A stretch of 64,000 bases of DNA from an uncultured Thermomicrobiales bacterium (lineage in GTDB: Bacteria > Chloroflexota > Chloroflexia > Thermomicrobiales > UBA6265), in the NCBI GenBank assembly GCA_902806325.1, contig CADCWE010000031.1, forward strand, positions 16,112 to 80,111, read 5' to 3'. The notes beneath the pieces were generated by a model that was not told the DNA's origin, ran no database searches, and worked only from the letters and a program-made list of their open reading frames with translations. Positions 1 to 10,333 of this stretch are shown piece after piece. Positions within the stretch are counted from its first letter, which is position 1. Each line of letters begins with the position of its first letter. Both the position numbers and the translations under genes were made by a program.

Positions 1-321
1 ACCGGGGCGCTCGCCGCCGGGGAGGTGCTGCGGCTCCCGGTCGCCCACGGTGAGGGCGCCTACTTCGCTGACGACGAGACGCTCGACCGGCTAGAGTCGA
101 CCGGGCGGATCGTCGCCCGCTACTGCGATCCCAGCGGTGCTGTCGCGGCCGCCGCCAACCCGAACGGGTCGGCGCGGGGGATTGCGGCTGTCGCCAACGA
201 GGCCGGCAACGTGGTCGGGATCATGCCGCACCCTGAGCGGGCGTCCGATCCCCTGATCGGCGGCGCCGACGGGCTGCGCCTGCTGCAGTCCGCGCTGGAC
301 TTCGTCCACGCCGCCGTCTAA
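1..321 (+). CDS. purQ: Phosphoribosylformylglycinamidine synthase glutaminase subunit PurQ, C-terminal fragment (gene starts upstream of window)
   Basis: Frame 1 is open from base 1. The tail 'VAHGEGAYF...[13 protein letters not shown]' is the His/Glu end of a class-I amidotransferase. It sits directly before purL. Confidence 0.85.
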   Translation, partial: TGALAAGEVLRLPVAHGEGAYFADDETLDRLESTGRIVARYCDPSGAVAAAANPNGSARGIAAVANEAGNVVGIMPHPERASDPLIGGADGLRLLQSALDFVHAAV

Positions 322-356
322 CTCGCTCGTTCGCCCGATCGAAGGAGCAACCCCCG

Positions 357-2591
357 TTGGCGATTGCCGAGGGCGCCTGGCGCGAGGTGGCGTTGAGCGA
401 CGACGAGTTCCGCCGGATCGTGACCCTGCTGGGGCGGGACCCATCGCCGGTCGAACTCGGCATGTTCGGCGCAATGTGGAGCGAGCACTGCGGCTACAAA
501 CACTCCCGCCCGTGGTTGCGCCTGCTGCCGACCGACGCGCCGTGGGTCCTGGAAGGACCGGGCGAGAACGCCGGCGCGGTCGATATCGGCGACGGGTTGG
601 CGGCGGTCTTTAAAGTCGAGTCGCACAACCACCCGAGCGCGGTCGAGCCGTACCAGGGGGCGGCGACCGGCGTCGGTGGCATCGTGCGCGACATCTTTAC
701 GATGGGCGCCCGGCCGGTGGCGCTGCTGGACGCGCTGCGGTTCGGACCCTTGGACGAGCCGCGCAATCGCTACTTGTTCGAGAACGTGGTCGGCGGGATC
801 GGCGGCTACGGGAACTGTTTGGGCATCCCGACCGTTGGCGGCGAGGTCTACTTCGACCCGTCGTTCAACGGCAACCCGCTGGTCAATGCGATGTGCGTCG
901 GCGTGGCCCGGCATGGCGACCTGATGCGGGCAAAGGCGAGCGGTCCGGGCAACGACTTGGTTCTAATCGGTGCCGACACCGGCCGCGACGGCCTGCACGG
1001 GGCCACCTTCGCTTCGGTCGACGATCCGAAGGCGTCTCACCGGGGCGTGATCCAGGTTGGCAACCCGTTCCTCGAAAAGCTGCTCTTGGAAGCGTGCTTG
1101 GAGCTCTTGCGAGGCGACGATATCGTGGCGATGCAGGACCTCGGCGCGGCCGGGTTGACCTCGTCGGTGGTCGAGTGCGCCAGCCGGGGCGGGGTCGGGG
1201 CGGAGATTGATGTCGCCCTGGTGCCCCGGCGGGAAACCGGGATGACGGCCTACGAGGTGATGCTCAGCGAGAGCCAGGAGCGGATGCTGTTGGTGGTTCG
1301 CCCCGAGGGGTTGGCGGGCGTGCGGGCGATCGTGGAGCGGTACGGGTTGCACGCCAGCGCGATCGGGCGCGTCACCGGCGACGGCTTGGTCCGGGTGCGC
1401 GACGGCGTCGAGGTGGTCGCGGAGGTGCCGGCGATGTTGTTCACCGACGCCTGCCCGACCTACCAGCCGGAGGCCCGGGAAGATCCGGGCATCGTGCGCC
1501 GCCGGACCGCGCCGCTCGACGACATCCCGGATCTGACGGATGGTGACGCGGGACGGCGGGTGCTGCTCGATCTGCTTGGATCGCCGAATGGGTGCAGCCG
1601 GCGCGCTATTTGGGAGCGCTACGATCACACGATCATGACCGGAACGGTCGTCGCGCCGGGCGCCGGGGACGCGGCCGTGCTGAGGCTGCGCGGATCGGCG
1701 CGCGGTGTGGCGATCGCCATCGATTGCAACTCGCGCTACTGCTCCCTGGACCCGGAACTCGGGGCACGGCACGCGGTCGCCGAAGCGGCACGCAACGTGT
1801 CGTGCGTGGGCGGACGCCCACTGGCGGTCACGAACTGTCTCAACTTCGGGAACCCTCAACGTCCGGCGAGGGCGTTCCAACTCCGGGAAGCGGTACGCGG
1901 GTTGGCGGCGGCTTGCCGCGGCCTGGACCTGCCGGTGGTCAGCGGCAACGTCAGTCTTTACAACGAGACGGCCGCCTCGGCGGTGATGCCGACCCCGACG
2001 GTCGGGGTCGTCGGCGTCCTCGACGACGCGACGCGCCACGCGACGATGGTCTGGCGGTCCGGGGACGAGATTCTCCTTGTCGGCGGCGACCGGCCCAGCC
2101 TTGGGGCGTCGGAGTACCTCGCGCGGATCCACGGGCGAACGGAGGGATCGCCGCCCGCGCTCGATCTCGACCGCGAAGCCGGGGTCCAGCGCGTCGTCCG
2201 GGACGCGATCGCCGCCGCAGCGTTGCGCACCGCTCACGATTGCGCCGAGGGCGGGTTGGCGGTGGCGCTCGCCGAGTTGGCGTTGGCCTCCGGCGTCGGG
2301 GCGACGATCGACGGCGAACCTCCCGCCGGGGCGACGAACCGACTCGACGAGCGGTGGTTCGGCGAGACGCCGTCGCGCATCCTGGCCGCCGGCGACGCGA
2401 GCGCGATCGCGGGGCTCGCCGAGCGGTGCCGAGCGGAAGGGATCGCGGCGTTCCGTTTGGGTTCGGCGCGTGGCGACCGGATGGCGATTAATGGTCTGGG
2501 CGAGTGGGACCTGGACGAACTCCGCGCCGTCCACGAGCGCGGCCTCGCGCCGTTGGAGGGAGTGAACGGACAGCCCGGCGTGGTACCATAA
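357..2591 (+). CDS. purL: Phosphoribosylformylglycinamidine synthase subunit PurL (FGAM synthase II)
   Basis: 744 aa with '[11 protein letters not shown]' and '[28 protein letters not shown]'. TTG start lies about 10 nt after GAAGGAG. Confidence 0.95.
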   Translation: MAIAEGAWREVALSDDEFRRIVTLLGRDPSPVELGMFGAMWSEHCGYKHSRPWLRLLPTDAPWVLEGPGENAGAVDIGDGLAAVFKVESHNHPSAVEPYQGAATGVGGIVRDIFTMGARPVALLDALRFGPLDEPRNRYLFENVVGGIGGYGNCLGIPTVGGEVYFDPSFNGNPLVNAMCVGVARHGDLMRAKASGPGNDLVLIGADTGRDGLHGATFASVDDPKASHRGVIQVGNPFLEKLLLEACLELLRGDDIVAMQDLGAAGLTSSVVECASRGGVGAEIDVALVPRRETGMTAYEVMLSESQERMLLVVRPEGLAGVRAIVERYGLHASAIGRVTGDGLVRVRDGVEVVAEVPAMLFTDACPTYQPEAREDPGIVRRRTAPLDDIPDLTDGDAGRRVLLDLLGSPNGCSRRAIWERYDHTIMTGTVVAPGAGDAAVLRLRGSARGVAIAIDCNSRYCSLDPELGARHAVAEAARNVSCVGGRPLAVTNCLNFGNPQRPARAFQLREAVRGLAAACRGLDLPVVSGNVSLYNETAASAVMPTPTVGVVGVLDDATRHATMVWRSGDEILLVGGDRPSLGASEYLARIHGRTEGSPPALDLDREAGVQRVVRDAIAAAALRTAHDCAEGGLAVALAELALASGVGATIDGEPPAGATNRLDERWFGETPSRILAAGDASAIAGLAERCRAEGIAAFRLGSARGDRMAINGLGEWDLDELRAVHERGLAPLEGVNGQPGVVP

Positions 2592-2626
2592 CGTCGGATT
2601 CGACGACGAGGGGTGGGGGCGCACGG

Positions 2627-4027
2627 ATGCACGACGACAAGCCGCGCGACGCTTGCGGCGTGTTTGGGATCTACGCCCCCGGCGAGGACGCCGCCCGGTT
2701 GACGTTTTTCGGTCTCTACGCGCTCCAGCACCGGGGCCAAGAGAGCGCCGGGATCGCGACCTCCAATGGGAAGAAGATCTCCGTCCGGACGCGGCTCGGG
2801 TTGGTCGGGCAGGCGTTCGCCGAGGACGATCTGGAGGACCTGCCCGGCGGGACCGCGATCGGGCATGCCCGATATTCGACCGCCGGCTCGAACAAGATCT
2901 GCAACGCCGGGCCACTGGTCGCCGATTCGCCGCTCGGGCCGATCGCCGTCTCGCACAACGGCAACCTGGTCAACGCCGCGCCCCTGCGCCGGGAACTCGA
3001 AGAGCGCGGCGAACGCTTCGTCACCTCGACCGACAGCGAAGTGCTGACGCGGATGATCGCGGCGGCGCCGGGCAACGATCTGCCGACCAAAATCCGGCGG
3101 GCGATGGGCCGCATGATCGGCGCGTTCAGCCTGACGGTGCTAACCCGTGACAGCCTGTACGCGGTGCGTGACCCGCTCGGCGTGCGGCCGTTGTGTCTCG
3201 GACGGTTGGGCCCGCATTGGGTTGTCGCCTCCGAAAGTTGCGCCCTGAGTACGATCGGGGCCGTCTACGAGCGCGAGGTCGAACCGGGCGAGATCGTCGA
3301 GATCGACGGCGACGGGATGCGGTCGCACGGCGCCGGAATGCCGCGTCCGCACGCGATGTGCTTGTTCGAACTGATCTATTTCGCCCGCCCGGACAGCCTG
3401 ATCCACGACCAGCGGCTCCACCTGGTCCGGCAGCGGATGGGAGAGGAGCTGGCGCGGGAGCACCCGGTCGACGCCGACGTGACCGTCGGGCTGCCGGACT
3501 CGGCGACGCCGGCGGCGATCGGCTACGCCCGCGCCTCGGGCATCCCCTACCAGGAAGCGCTGATCAAAAACCGCTACATCGGGCGGACCTTTATCCAACC
3601 GACCCAGCGGCTGCGCGAGACCGGGGTCTCGCTAAAATTCAACGCCCTGCCCGAGGTGCTGGCGGGGCGACGGGTGATCCTGGTCGACGACACGATCGTG
3701 CGCGGCACCACCAGCCGGCCGATCGTGCAACTGCTGCGCCAGGCCGGGGCGACCGAGGTTCACATGCGCGTCCACGCCCCGCCAATGGTTTCGCCGTGTT
3801 ACCTGGGGGTCGACCTGGCGAAGAAGGAAGACCTGATCGCCGCCAACCTGAGCGTGCCGGAGATCGGGCGCTTCATCGGCGTCGACAGCATCGGGTATCT
3901 GTCGCTGGACGGCCTGATGCGGGCGGTGGCGGTGCCCGGCGAAGGGTTTTGCACCGGCTGCTTGACCGGTGCCTACCCGGTTCCGGTGCAACTGGGGATG
4001 GACAAGCTGCTGTTGGAGCGCGTCTAG
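2627..4027 (+). CDS. purF: Amidophosphoribosyltransferase PurF
   Basis: 'DACGVFGI' N-terminal Cys nucleophile and 'VILVDDTIVRGTT' PRPP loop. I use ATG 2627, because the 41 upstream codons of the longest ORF overlap purL and are Arg/Pro-rich. Confidence 0.93.
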   Translation: MHDDKPRDACGVFGIYAPGEDAARLTFFGLYALQHRGQESAGIATSNGKKISVRTRLGLVGQAFAEDDLEDLPGGTAIGHARYSTAGSNKICNAGPLVADSPLGPIAVSHNGNLVNAAPLRRELEERGERFVTSTDSEVLTRMIAAAPGNDLPTKIRRAMGRMIGAFSLTVLTRDSLYAVRDPLGVRPLCLGRLGPHWVVASESCALSTIGAVYEREVEPGEIVEIDGDGMRSHGAGMPRPHAMCLFELIYFARPDSLIHDQRLHLVRQRMGEELAREHPVDADVTVGLPDSATPAAIGYARASGIPYQEALIKNRYIGRTFIQPTQRLRETGVSLKFNALPEVLAGRRVILVDDTIVRGTTSRPIVQLLRQAGATEVHMRVHAPPMVSPCYLGVDLAKKEDLIAANLSVPEIGRFIGVDSIGYLSLDGLMRAVAVPGEGFCTGCLTGAYPVPVQLGMDKLLLERV

Positions 4028-4051
4028 CCGTCCGTCAGACCGGAGCGGAAC

Positions 4052-5233
4052 GTGAGCGAAAGCCAGGAACCGAACGCCGCCGCGCTCGGCGAAGGGGCGG
4101 GAGAGCCGCTGAGAACGACGCCGCTGCGGGACCGCCACGCGGCCCTCGGGGCGCGCCTGGTCCCGTTCGCCGGGTGGGAGATGCCGGTCCAGTACGCCGG
4201 GATCATGGCCGAGCACCGGGCGGTGCGCGGGGCCGCCGGGTTGTTCGACCTCGGACACATGGGCCAGGTTGAGGTCTCCGGGCCGGACGCGTTGGCGTAC
4301 CTCCAAGCAGTGACCACCAACGACGTCGCCGCGCTGGCACCGGGGAAGGCGCAGTACTCGCTGCTGCCCAACGAGCGGGGCGGCGTGATCGACGACGTCA
4401 TCGTCTACCGGCGGCCGGACGGGGACGGCTACATGGTGGTGGTTAACGCATCCAACCGGGACAAAGACGTGGCCTGGCTGTTGCGCCACCGCGGGTTACG
4501 GCCTGACCTCGACGTCGCGGTCGAGGACCGCTCCGATCGGACCGGCATGATCGCGATTCAGGGACCGAAGGCGGCGGCGATCGTCGGCCGGTTGACGGAG
4601 GCCAAACTGGCGGCGATCGGCGATTTCGCCTGGGCCGGGGGCAGCGTGGCCGGGGTACCGGCGATGATCGCCCGCACCGGCTACACCGGCGAGGACGGCT
4701 TCGAGTTCTATACCGCACGGGACCGCGTCGGCGATCTGTGGGACGCGCTGCTCGAGGCCGGCGACGACGACGGGTTGATGCCGGTCGGATTGGGGGCGCG
4801 CGACACGCTGCGCCTCGAAGCGCGGATGCCGCTCTACGGGAACGAGCTTGCCGACGACATCGGCCCCCTCGAAGCGGGGTTGGGCTGGGCCGTCAAGTTG
4901 GACAAGGGGCCGTTCGTGGGCCGGGACGCGATCGCGGCGATGAAGGAGACCGGACCACCGCGGCGCACCGTCGGGTTTCGTTGCGTCGAACGGGGTGGCT
5001 CGCCGCGGTCCCACTTTCCGGTGTTGGCGGGCGGGCGGGAGATCGGCCGCGTCACCAGCGGCGCGATGTCGCCGACCCTCGGCCATAACATCGGCCTGGC
5101 CTTAATCGAGCAGGACGCGGCCGGGGTCGGCAAGCCGCTGGCGATCGACATCCGCGGTCGCCCGGTGGCGGCGGTGCAGGTCAAAACGCCCTTCTACAAG
5201 CGCGCCCGGCCCGAGACCGCGAGCGGACGGTAG
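4052..5233 (+). CDS. gcvT: Glycine cleavage system aminomethyltransferase GcvT
   Basis: 393 aa with 'ARTGYTGEDGFEF' and 'GLGARDTLRLEARMPLYGNEL'. GTG start. Confidence 0.93.
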   Translation: MSESQEPNAAALGEGAGEPLRTTPLRDRHAALGARLVPFAGWEMPVQYAGIMAEHRAVRGAAGLFDLGHMGQVEVSGPDALAYLQAVTTNDVAALAPGKAQYSLLPNERGGVIDDVIVYRRPDGDGYMVVVNASNRDKDVAWLLRHRGLRPDLDVAVEDRSDRTGMIAIQGPKAAAIVGRLTEAKLAAIGDFAWAGGSVAGVPAMIARTGYTGEDGFEFYTARDRVGDLWDALLEAGDDDGLMPVGLGARDTLRLEARMPLYGNELADDIGPLEAGLGWAVKLDKGPFVGRDAIAAMKETGPPRRTVGFRCVERGGSPRSHFPVLAGGREIGRVTSGAMSPTLGHNIGLALIEQDAAGVGKPLAIDIRGRPVAAVQVKTPFYKRARPETASGR

Positions 5234-5261
5234 TTCGACCGAAGACGAGAGGACAGACCCG

Positions 5262-5651
5262 ATGGCCGCGCCGAAGGACCTTCGCTTCACCAAAACCCAC
5301 GAGTGGCTGCGCCGGGACGGCGACGTGGTCACGATCGGGATCAGCGACCACGCCCAGAACGAGCTGGGCGACATTACCTACGTCGAGTTGCCGGAGCCGG
5401 GCGACGCGGTGTCGCGCAACGAGCCGTTCGGGGTGGTCGAATCGGTCAAGGCGGCGTCGGATGTTTTTGCCCCCGTGGACGGAGAGGTCGTCGAGCGCAA
5501 CGAGTCCGTGGTCGAGGCGCCAGACCTCGTCAACCGTTCCCCGTACGAGCAAGCCTGGCTGCTCAAGATTCGCCTCAACGACCCGGATCAGGTGGACCTG
5601 CTGATGGACGCCCCGGCCTACGACGTGTACGCCGAGACCGCCAAGCATTAG
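5262..5651 (+). CDS. gcvH: Glycine cleavage system H protein
   Basis: 129 aa with 'THEWL' and the lipoyl-lysine motif 'VESVKAASDVFAPVDGEV'. Confidence 0.95.
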   Translation: MAAPKDLRFTKTHEWLRRDGDVVTIGISDHAQNELGDITYVELPEPGDAVSRNEPFGVVESVKAASDVFAPVDGEVVERNESVVEAPDLVNRSPYEQAWLLKIRLNDPDQVDLLMDAPAYDVYAETAKH

Positions 5652-5684
5652 GGACGATCTCCCGACGAGAGGACCGGTTCCTGG

Positions 5685-7022
5685 ATGAGTTTTAACCCGC
5701 ACACCGACGACGATCGGACGGCGATGCTGGAAACGATCGGCGTGGCGTCGGTCGCCGACTTGTTCGCGGCGGTCGGCGCCGACGTCCGCTTTCCAACGCT
5801 CGATCTGCCGCCTCAGTTGACGGAGATGGAGGCGGCGGCTCGGATGGGGGCGCTGGCCGAGCGGAATCTGGCTCCTGCGGCGGGGATGACGTTTCTCGGC
5901 GCGGGCTCGTACCACCATTTCGTGCCGGCCACCGTCGGCCAGATCCTGGCCCGCGGCGAGTTCTACACCGCCTACACGCCCTACCAGCCCGAGGTCGCTC
6001 AAGGGACGTTGCAGGTCATCTACGAGTTCCAGAGTATGGTCGCGGCGCTGACCGGCATGGAGGTCGCCAACGCCTCGATGTACGACGGCGCCAGCGCGCT
6101 GGCCGAAGGCGCGTTGATGGGCGTCTCGTCGTCGAAAAAGCGGCACCGGATCGTGGTCGCCGGGACCGTTCACCCGCGATACCGGGAGGTGATGCGAACC
6201 TATCTGACCGGCTTGCCGGTGGAGTTGGTCGAGCTGCCGATCCCCGCGAACGGGTTCGTCTCTCGGGCCGAGGATCTGACGCCGTATCTCGACGACGAAC
6301 TGGCCTGCGTGGTGGTCCAGTATCCGAGCTTTTTCGGCGGGATCGAGGACGTGGCGGCCTTCGCCGAGGCGGCGCACGGCGCGGGCGGGTTGCTGGTCGT
6401 CGGCACCTACCCGGTGCCGTTGGGGCTGCTCAAGACGCCGGGAGAGCTGGGGGCAGACGTTGTCGCCGCCGAGGGTCAAGCACTGGGGGTGGCGCAGAGC
6501 TACGGTGGGCCGTACGTCGGTCTGCTGGCGACCAAGCAGAAGTTCGTCCGCCAGTTGCCGGGCCGGTTGGCCGGGATGACCCGCGACGCGGAAGGCAAGC
6601 GCGGCTTCGTGTTGGCGCTCCAAACGCGCGAGCAGCACATCAGGCGGGAAAAGGCGACCAGCAACATCTGCACTAACCAGGGGTTGATGGCGACGGCGGC
6701 AACGGTGCACATGGCGAGCCTGGGCCCGGAAGGGTTCCGCGAGGTCGCCAGCCGGTGTTACCAGAACGCGCACCACCTGGCGGAACGGGTGGCGGCGCTG
6801 GACGGGTACCGGGTGGCACTCGCGGCACCGTTCTTTCACGAGTTCGTCGTCGAGACGCCGGTGGCGGCGAAGGCGGTCAACGCGCGGTTGGCCGAAGCCG
6901 GCATCGTCGGCGGATACGACCTGGGAGCGCTCGACGCGGCGCTGGATCACCGGATGCTGTTGTGCGCCACCGAGTTGAACGACCGGGTCAGCATCGAGCG
7001 CTTCGTCGCCGCGCTGCGCTGA
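5685..7022 (+). CDS. gcvPA: Glycine dehydrogenase (decarboxylating) subunit 1, GcvPA
   Basis: 445 aa with 'FLGAGSYHHFVPA' and 'YTPYQPEVAQGTLQ'. This is the size and order expected for the N-terminal half of a split P protein. Confidence 0.92.
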   Translation: MSFNPHTDDDRTAMLETIGVASVADLFAAVGADVRFPTLDLPPQLTEMEAAARMGALAERNLAPAAGMTFLGAGSYHHFVPATVGQILARGEFYTAYTPYQPEVAQGTLQVIYEFQSMVAALTGMEVANASMYDGASALAEGALMGVSSSKKRHRIVVAGTVHPRYREVMRTYLTGLPVELVELPIPANGFVSRAEDLTPYLDDELACVVVQYPSFFGGIEDVAAFAEAAHGAGGLLVVGTYPVPLGLLKTPGELGADVVAAEGQALGVAQSYGGPYVGLLATKQKFVRQLPGRLAGMTRDAEGKRGFVLALQTREQHIRREKATSNICTNQGLMATAATVHMASLGPEGFREVASRCYQNAHHLAERVAALDGYRVALAAPFFHEFVVETPVAAKAVNARLAEAGIVGGYDLGALDAALDHRMLLCATELNDRVSIERFVAALR

Positions 7023-7040
7023 GCCGCGCCGGGCGGGTCG

Positions 7041-7069
7041 GAGCCGGCGGGCTCCAGGCCCGCCGGCTC
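7041..7069 (+). terminator. Hairpin after gcvPA: 12-bp perfect stem GAGCCGGCGGGC/GCCCGCCGGCTC, 5-nt loop
   Basis: Read directly from the sequence, 19 nt after the gcvPA stop. No U-tract follows. Confidence 0.5.
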
Positions 7070-7122
7070 GCCCGCACGACATATCCCACACGCCACTTCC
7101 GAAAGCGCAGGACGCGGGCCGC

Positions 7123-7131
7123 TGCTATACT
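7123..7131 (+). promoter_or_regulatory. Extended -10 element TGCTATACT upstream of der
   Basis: AT-rich nonamer in a GC-rich spacer, 92 nt before the der ATG. The identical nonamer occurs at four other gene 5' regions (see findings). Confidence 0.5.
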
Positions 7132-7222
7132 GCCGATCGCGATGGTTGGAACGATTGCTGGTTGGGGCAGCGGTCTTCGGATCGATCCCCCGGCAGCGGA
7201 GTAGCGCTGAGCGATTGAGCAG

Positions 7223-8560
7223 ATGACCAAACCGATCGTTGCCATCGTTGGTCGACCGAATGTCGGCAAATCCACCTTGTTCAACCGCCTGGTCGGCGAG
7301 CGACGGGCCATCGTCGAGGACGTGCCGGGGACCACCCGCGACCGGGTCTACGGCACCGCCGACTGGGGCGGTCTGGAATTCACGGTGGTCGACACCGCCG
7401 GTCTCCAGGACGACCGCGAGATCGCCGCGTCGTCTGTCACCGAGATCGCGCGCAGCACCCGCGCTCAGGCGACCAGCGCGATCGATGAGGCGGACGTGAT
7501 CGTCTTCGTCGTCGACGCCAAGGCCGGTCCAACCGCCGGCGACCACGAGGTCGCGGATCTGCTCCGCCGAGCCGACAAGCCGACGATTTTGGCGGCCAAC
7601 AAGGCCGACAGCATCGAGCGTCGCGACGGCGCGGTCGACTTCTATGACCTCGGGCTGGGCGAGCCGATCGCCGTCTCGGCCTACCACGGCTCTGGCTCCG
7701 GCGATCTGCTCGACCGGGTGGTCGAGGCGTTGCCGGAAAGCGAAGCGGAACAAGAGACCGAAGGGCCGCGGGTGGCGATCGCCGGTCGGCCCAACGTCGG
7801 CAAGAGCCGGCTACTCAATGCCCTGCTCGGTCAGGAGCGGGCGATCGTCAGCGACCAGCCGGGGACGACACGGGACAGCCTCGACACCCAGCTGATCTGG
7901 GCCGGGCAGCCGCTGACCTTGATCGATACCGCCGGCATCAGGCGGCGGGGCCGGGTCGAACCGGGAATCGAGCGCTTCAGCGTGATCCGCTCGATGCGGG
8001 CGATCGACCGCGCCGACGTGGTCTTGCTCTTGATCGACGCGGTCGAGGGCTTCACGGCCCAGGATCTGCACATCGCCGGATACGTCGAGGACCAGAAGAA
8101 GGGCATGGTCCTCGTCGTCAACAAGTGGGACCTGGTCGAGAAGACCGGCAGCACCATGGACGAGTACCGGGCCAAGGCGCAGGAAGCCCTCGACTTCATG
8201 CCCTACGTGCCGGTGGTCTTCATCTCCGCCAAGTTCGGGCAGCGGGTGCAGCAGGTGCTGGAAACCGCGTTGCTGGTGGTGGCCGAGCGGCAGAAGCGGG
8301 TCCCGACGGCGGCGTTGAACAAGCTGCTGCGCGAGTCGGTGGCCGCCCACCCGCCCCCGAGCAAGCCGGGCAAGTGGGTCAAGTTCTACTACGCGACCCA
8401 GGCCGACGTCTCGCCGCCAACGCTGGTCTTCTTCTGCAACACGCCGGGCCAAATCCACTTCTCCTACCGGCGGTTTCTGGAGAACAAGGTCCGGGAAACG
8501 TTCGGCTTTCTCGGCACTCCCATCCGGATGAGTTTTCGGGGCCGCGAGGAGGACGTCTGA
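7223..8560 (+). CDS. der: Ribosome-associated GTPase Der/EngA
   Basis: 445 aa with two G domains ('IVGRPNVGKSTL' and 'IAGRPNVGKSRL') and a C-terminal KH-like tail. Confidence 0.95.
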   Translation: MTKPIVAIVGRPNVGKSTLFNRLVGERRAIVEDVPGTTRDRVYGTADWGGLEFTVVDTAGLQDDREIAASSVTEIARSTRAQATSAIDEADVIVFVVDAKAGPTAGDHEVADLLRRADKPTILAANKADSIERRDGAVDFYDLGLGEPIAVSAYHGSGSGDLLDRVVEALPESEAEQETEGPRVAIAGRPNVGKSRLLNALLGQERAIVSDQPGTTRDSLDTQLIWAGQPLTLIDTAGIRRRGRVEPGIERFSVIRSMRAIDRADVVLLLIDAVEGFTAQDLHIAGYVEDQKKGMVLVVNKWDLVEKTGSTMDEYRAKAQEALDFMPYVPVVFISAKFGQRVQQVLETALLVVAERQKRVPTAALNKLLRESVAAHPPPSKPGKWVKFYYATQADVSPPTLVFFCNTPGQIHFSYRRFLENKVRETFGFLGTPIRMSFRGREEDV

Positions 8561-8561
8561 G

Positions 8562-9179
8562 GTGGGCGTTGCCGGGGGTCCGCTGCTGATCCTCGGTGCC
8601 TTCGCGCTCGGCGCGGTGCCGTGGGGCGTAGTCCTCGGCAAACTGTTCACCGGGGTGGACCTCCGCCGACACGGCAGCGGCTCGACCGGCACCACCAACG
8701 CCCTGCGGGTCTTGGGGTGGCGGATCTCGGTCCTGGTCTTCGTCCTGGATTTCCTCAAGGGGTTGCTGCCCGTCTTGGTGGCCCAATGGATGGGGGCGAA
8801 CGGCTGGGTGACGGCGTTGGCCGGCGTGGCCGCGACGGCCGGCCATTGCTGGTCGCCGTTCATCCGGTTCCGGGGGGGCAAGGGGATGGCCACCGGTGGC
8901 GGGGCGGCGGTCGGGATGGTGCCGTGGCTAATCTTGACGGCCGTGGCGATGGCGGTGATCGTCCTCCTGACGCGCTACGTCTCGCTTGCCTCGATCGCCA
9001 GCGCGATCCTCGTCAGTCTGCTCTTGGTTTTTTTCGGTCTCCGCGGTTGGTTGTCGTGGCAAACGGTGGTGGCGGTGGTGGCGATGGCATCTATTATCGT
9101 AATCCAACACCGGGGCAACATCCGGCGTCTCCTCAATGGCACCGAGCGCCGGATCGGGGAGCGGCCTACCGCGGCTTAG
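8562..9179 (+). CDS. plsY: Glycerol-3-phosphate acyltransferase PlsY
   Basis: 205 aa, polytopic, with 'HGSGSTGTTNALRVLG' and 'FRGGKGMATGGG'. GTG start 2 nt after the der stop. Confidence 0.9.
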   Translation: MGVAGGPLLILGAFALGAVPWGVVLGKLFTGVDLRRHGSGSTGTTNALRVLGWRISVLVFVLDFLKGLLPVLVAQWMGANGWVTALAGVAATAGHCWSPFIRFRGGKGMATGGGAAVGMVPWLILTAVAMAVIVLLTRYVSLASIASAILVSLLLVFFGLRGWLSWQTVVAVVAMASIIVIQHRGNIRRLLNGTERRIGERPTAA

Positions 9180-10177
9180 CGGCGGCGTTCATCGTCACCG
9201 TATCCGTTGGGGTGGCGCTGGAACCAATCCCAGGCGCTGCCGATCATCTGGTCCAGGTTCGACAAGGCGGGATCCCAGCCGAGTTCCGCTCGGGCGCGCG
9301 TGCTGTCGGCGACGAGAACCGGCGGATCGCCGGCCCTGCGGGGACCGTACTCGATCGGCAGGGCACGGCCGGTAACCCGCTCCACGGCATCGACGATCTG
9401 CTTAACCGAAAATCCGTCCTTGGTGCCAAGGTTGAAGGCGTGGGAGTGTTCGCCCGGCTGGTCGAGGTTCGCCAGGGCAAGGAGGTGGGCGTCCGCCAGG
9501 TCGACGACGTGGACGTAGTCGCGAATCGCGGTGCCGTCCGGGGTCGGGTAGTCGGTGCCGAAGACGGTGAAGCGGTCCCGTTTGCCGAGCAGGGTCAACA
9601 AGGCGACCGGAATGATGTGCGTTTCCGGATCGTGGTCCTCGCCGCGGTCGCGGGTGGCGCCCGCGACGTTGAAATACCGGAGGCAGGCGTAGCGGAGACC
9701 GTAGGCGGTTCCGTACCACTCCAGCATCTGCTCGACCATCAACTTCGAACGTCCGTACGGATTGATCGGACGTAGGTCGGCGCCCTCGGCGACCGGTTGC
9801 CGGTCGGGCATCCCGTACACGGAAGCAGTCGACGAGAAGACGACTCGTTCGACGTCATTGGCCCGCGCCTCCTCCAGCAGGTTGTGGCTGCCGACGGTGT
9901 TGATCGCAAAGTAGTCGGCCGGGCTGGTCATCGATTCGCCGACGAGGGTCGCCGCGGCGAAGTGGAGGATGGCGTCGGGCCGCGCTTCCCGGACCACCCG
10001 AGCGACCTGGTCCCGGTCTCGGAGGTCGGCGACGACCAACGGCACGCCGGGAGCGACGGCTTCGGGGTGTCCTCGCCAAACGTTGTCGAGGACGACGACA
10101 TCGTGGTTTTGGAGCAGCAAACGCTCGACCGCGACGCTGCCGATGTACCCGACCCCGCCGGTGACCAAAACCCGCAT
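9176..10177 (-). CDS. galE: UDP-glucose 4-epimerase GalE
   Basis: '[14 protein letters not shown]' Rossmann start and 'YGRSKLMVE' YxxxK. Start set at ATG 10177; the longest ORF adds 21 unlikely codons. The stop overlaps the plsY stop (TTAG). Confidence 0.9.
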   Translation of the reverse strand: MRVLVTGGVGYIGSVAVERLLLQNHDVVVLDNVWRGHPEAVAPGVPLVVADLRDRDQVARVVREARPDAILHFAAATLVGESMTSPADYFAINTVGSHNLLEEARANDVERVVFSSTASVYGMPDRQPVAEGADLRPINPYGRSKLMVEQMLEWYGTAYGLRYACLRYFNVAGATRDRGEDHDPETHIIPVALLTLLGKRDRFTVFGTDYPTPDGTAIRDYVHVVDLADAHLLALANLDQPGEHSHAFNLGTKDGFSVKQIVDAVERVTGRALPIEYGPRRAGDPPVLVADSTRARAELGWDPALSNLDQMIGSAWDWFQRHPNGYGDDERRR

Positions 10178-10232
10178 GGTTGCCGTCTCCTTTACGACCG
10201 ATCGGTTGCGTCCCCGTTTTTCCTGGGCCCGA

Positions 10233-10241
10233 TGGTACACT
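10233..10241 (+). promoter_or_regulatory. Extended -10 element TGGTACACT upstream of glyA
   Basis: Lies in the galE/glyA divergent spacer, 93 nt before the glyA ATG, which has an AGGAG SD. Confidence 0.4.
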
Positions 10242-10333
10242 ACCGCCCCGACTCGCTATCCCCGCGATCCGTCCCCAACGGCGGCGTGTCGAATGCCCGG
10301 ACCGCCGATTTTGGCCACAGCAGGAGCGGACCC

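Noticed and set aside
963-2915. A 650-aa ORF on the minus strand opposite purL/purF.
   Set aside because: The product is Arg/Pro/Gly-rich low-complexity sequence. It lies antisense to a gene with unambiguous PurL motifs. This is a typical shadow ORF of a GC-rich genome.
4028-4051. Looked for a glycine riboswitch ahead of gcvT.
   Set aside because: Only 24 nt separate the purF stop from the gcvT start, which is too little room for an aptamer of roughly 100 nt or more.
5181-7091. A 636-aa minus-strand ORF opposite gcvH/gcvPA.
   Set aside because: Same reasoning as above. It has no recognisable motif, and the plus strand encodes well-conserved GcvH (lipoyl-Lys motif) and GcvPA.
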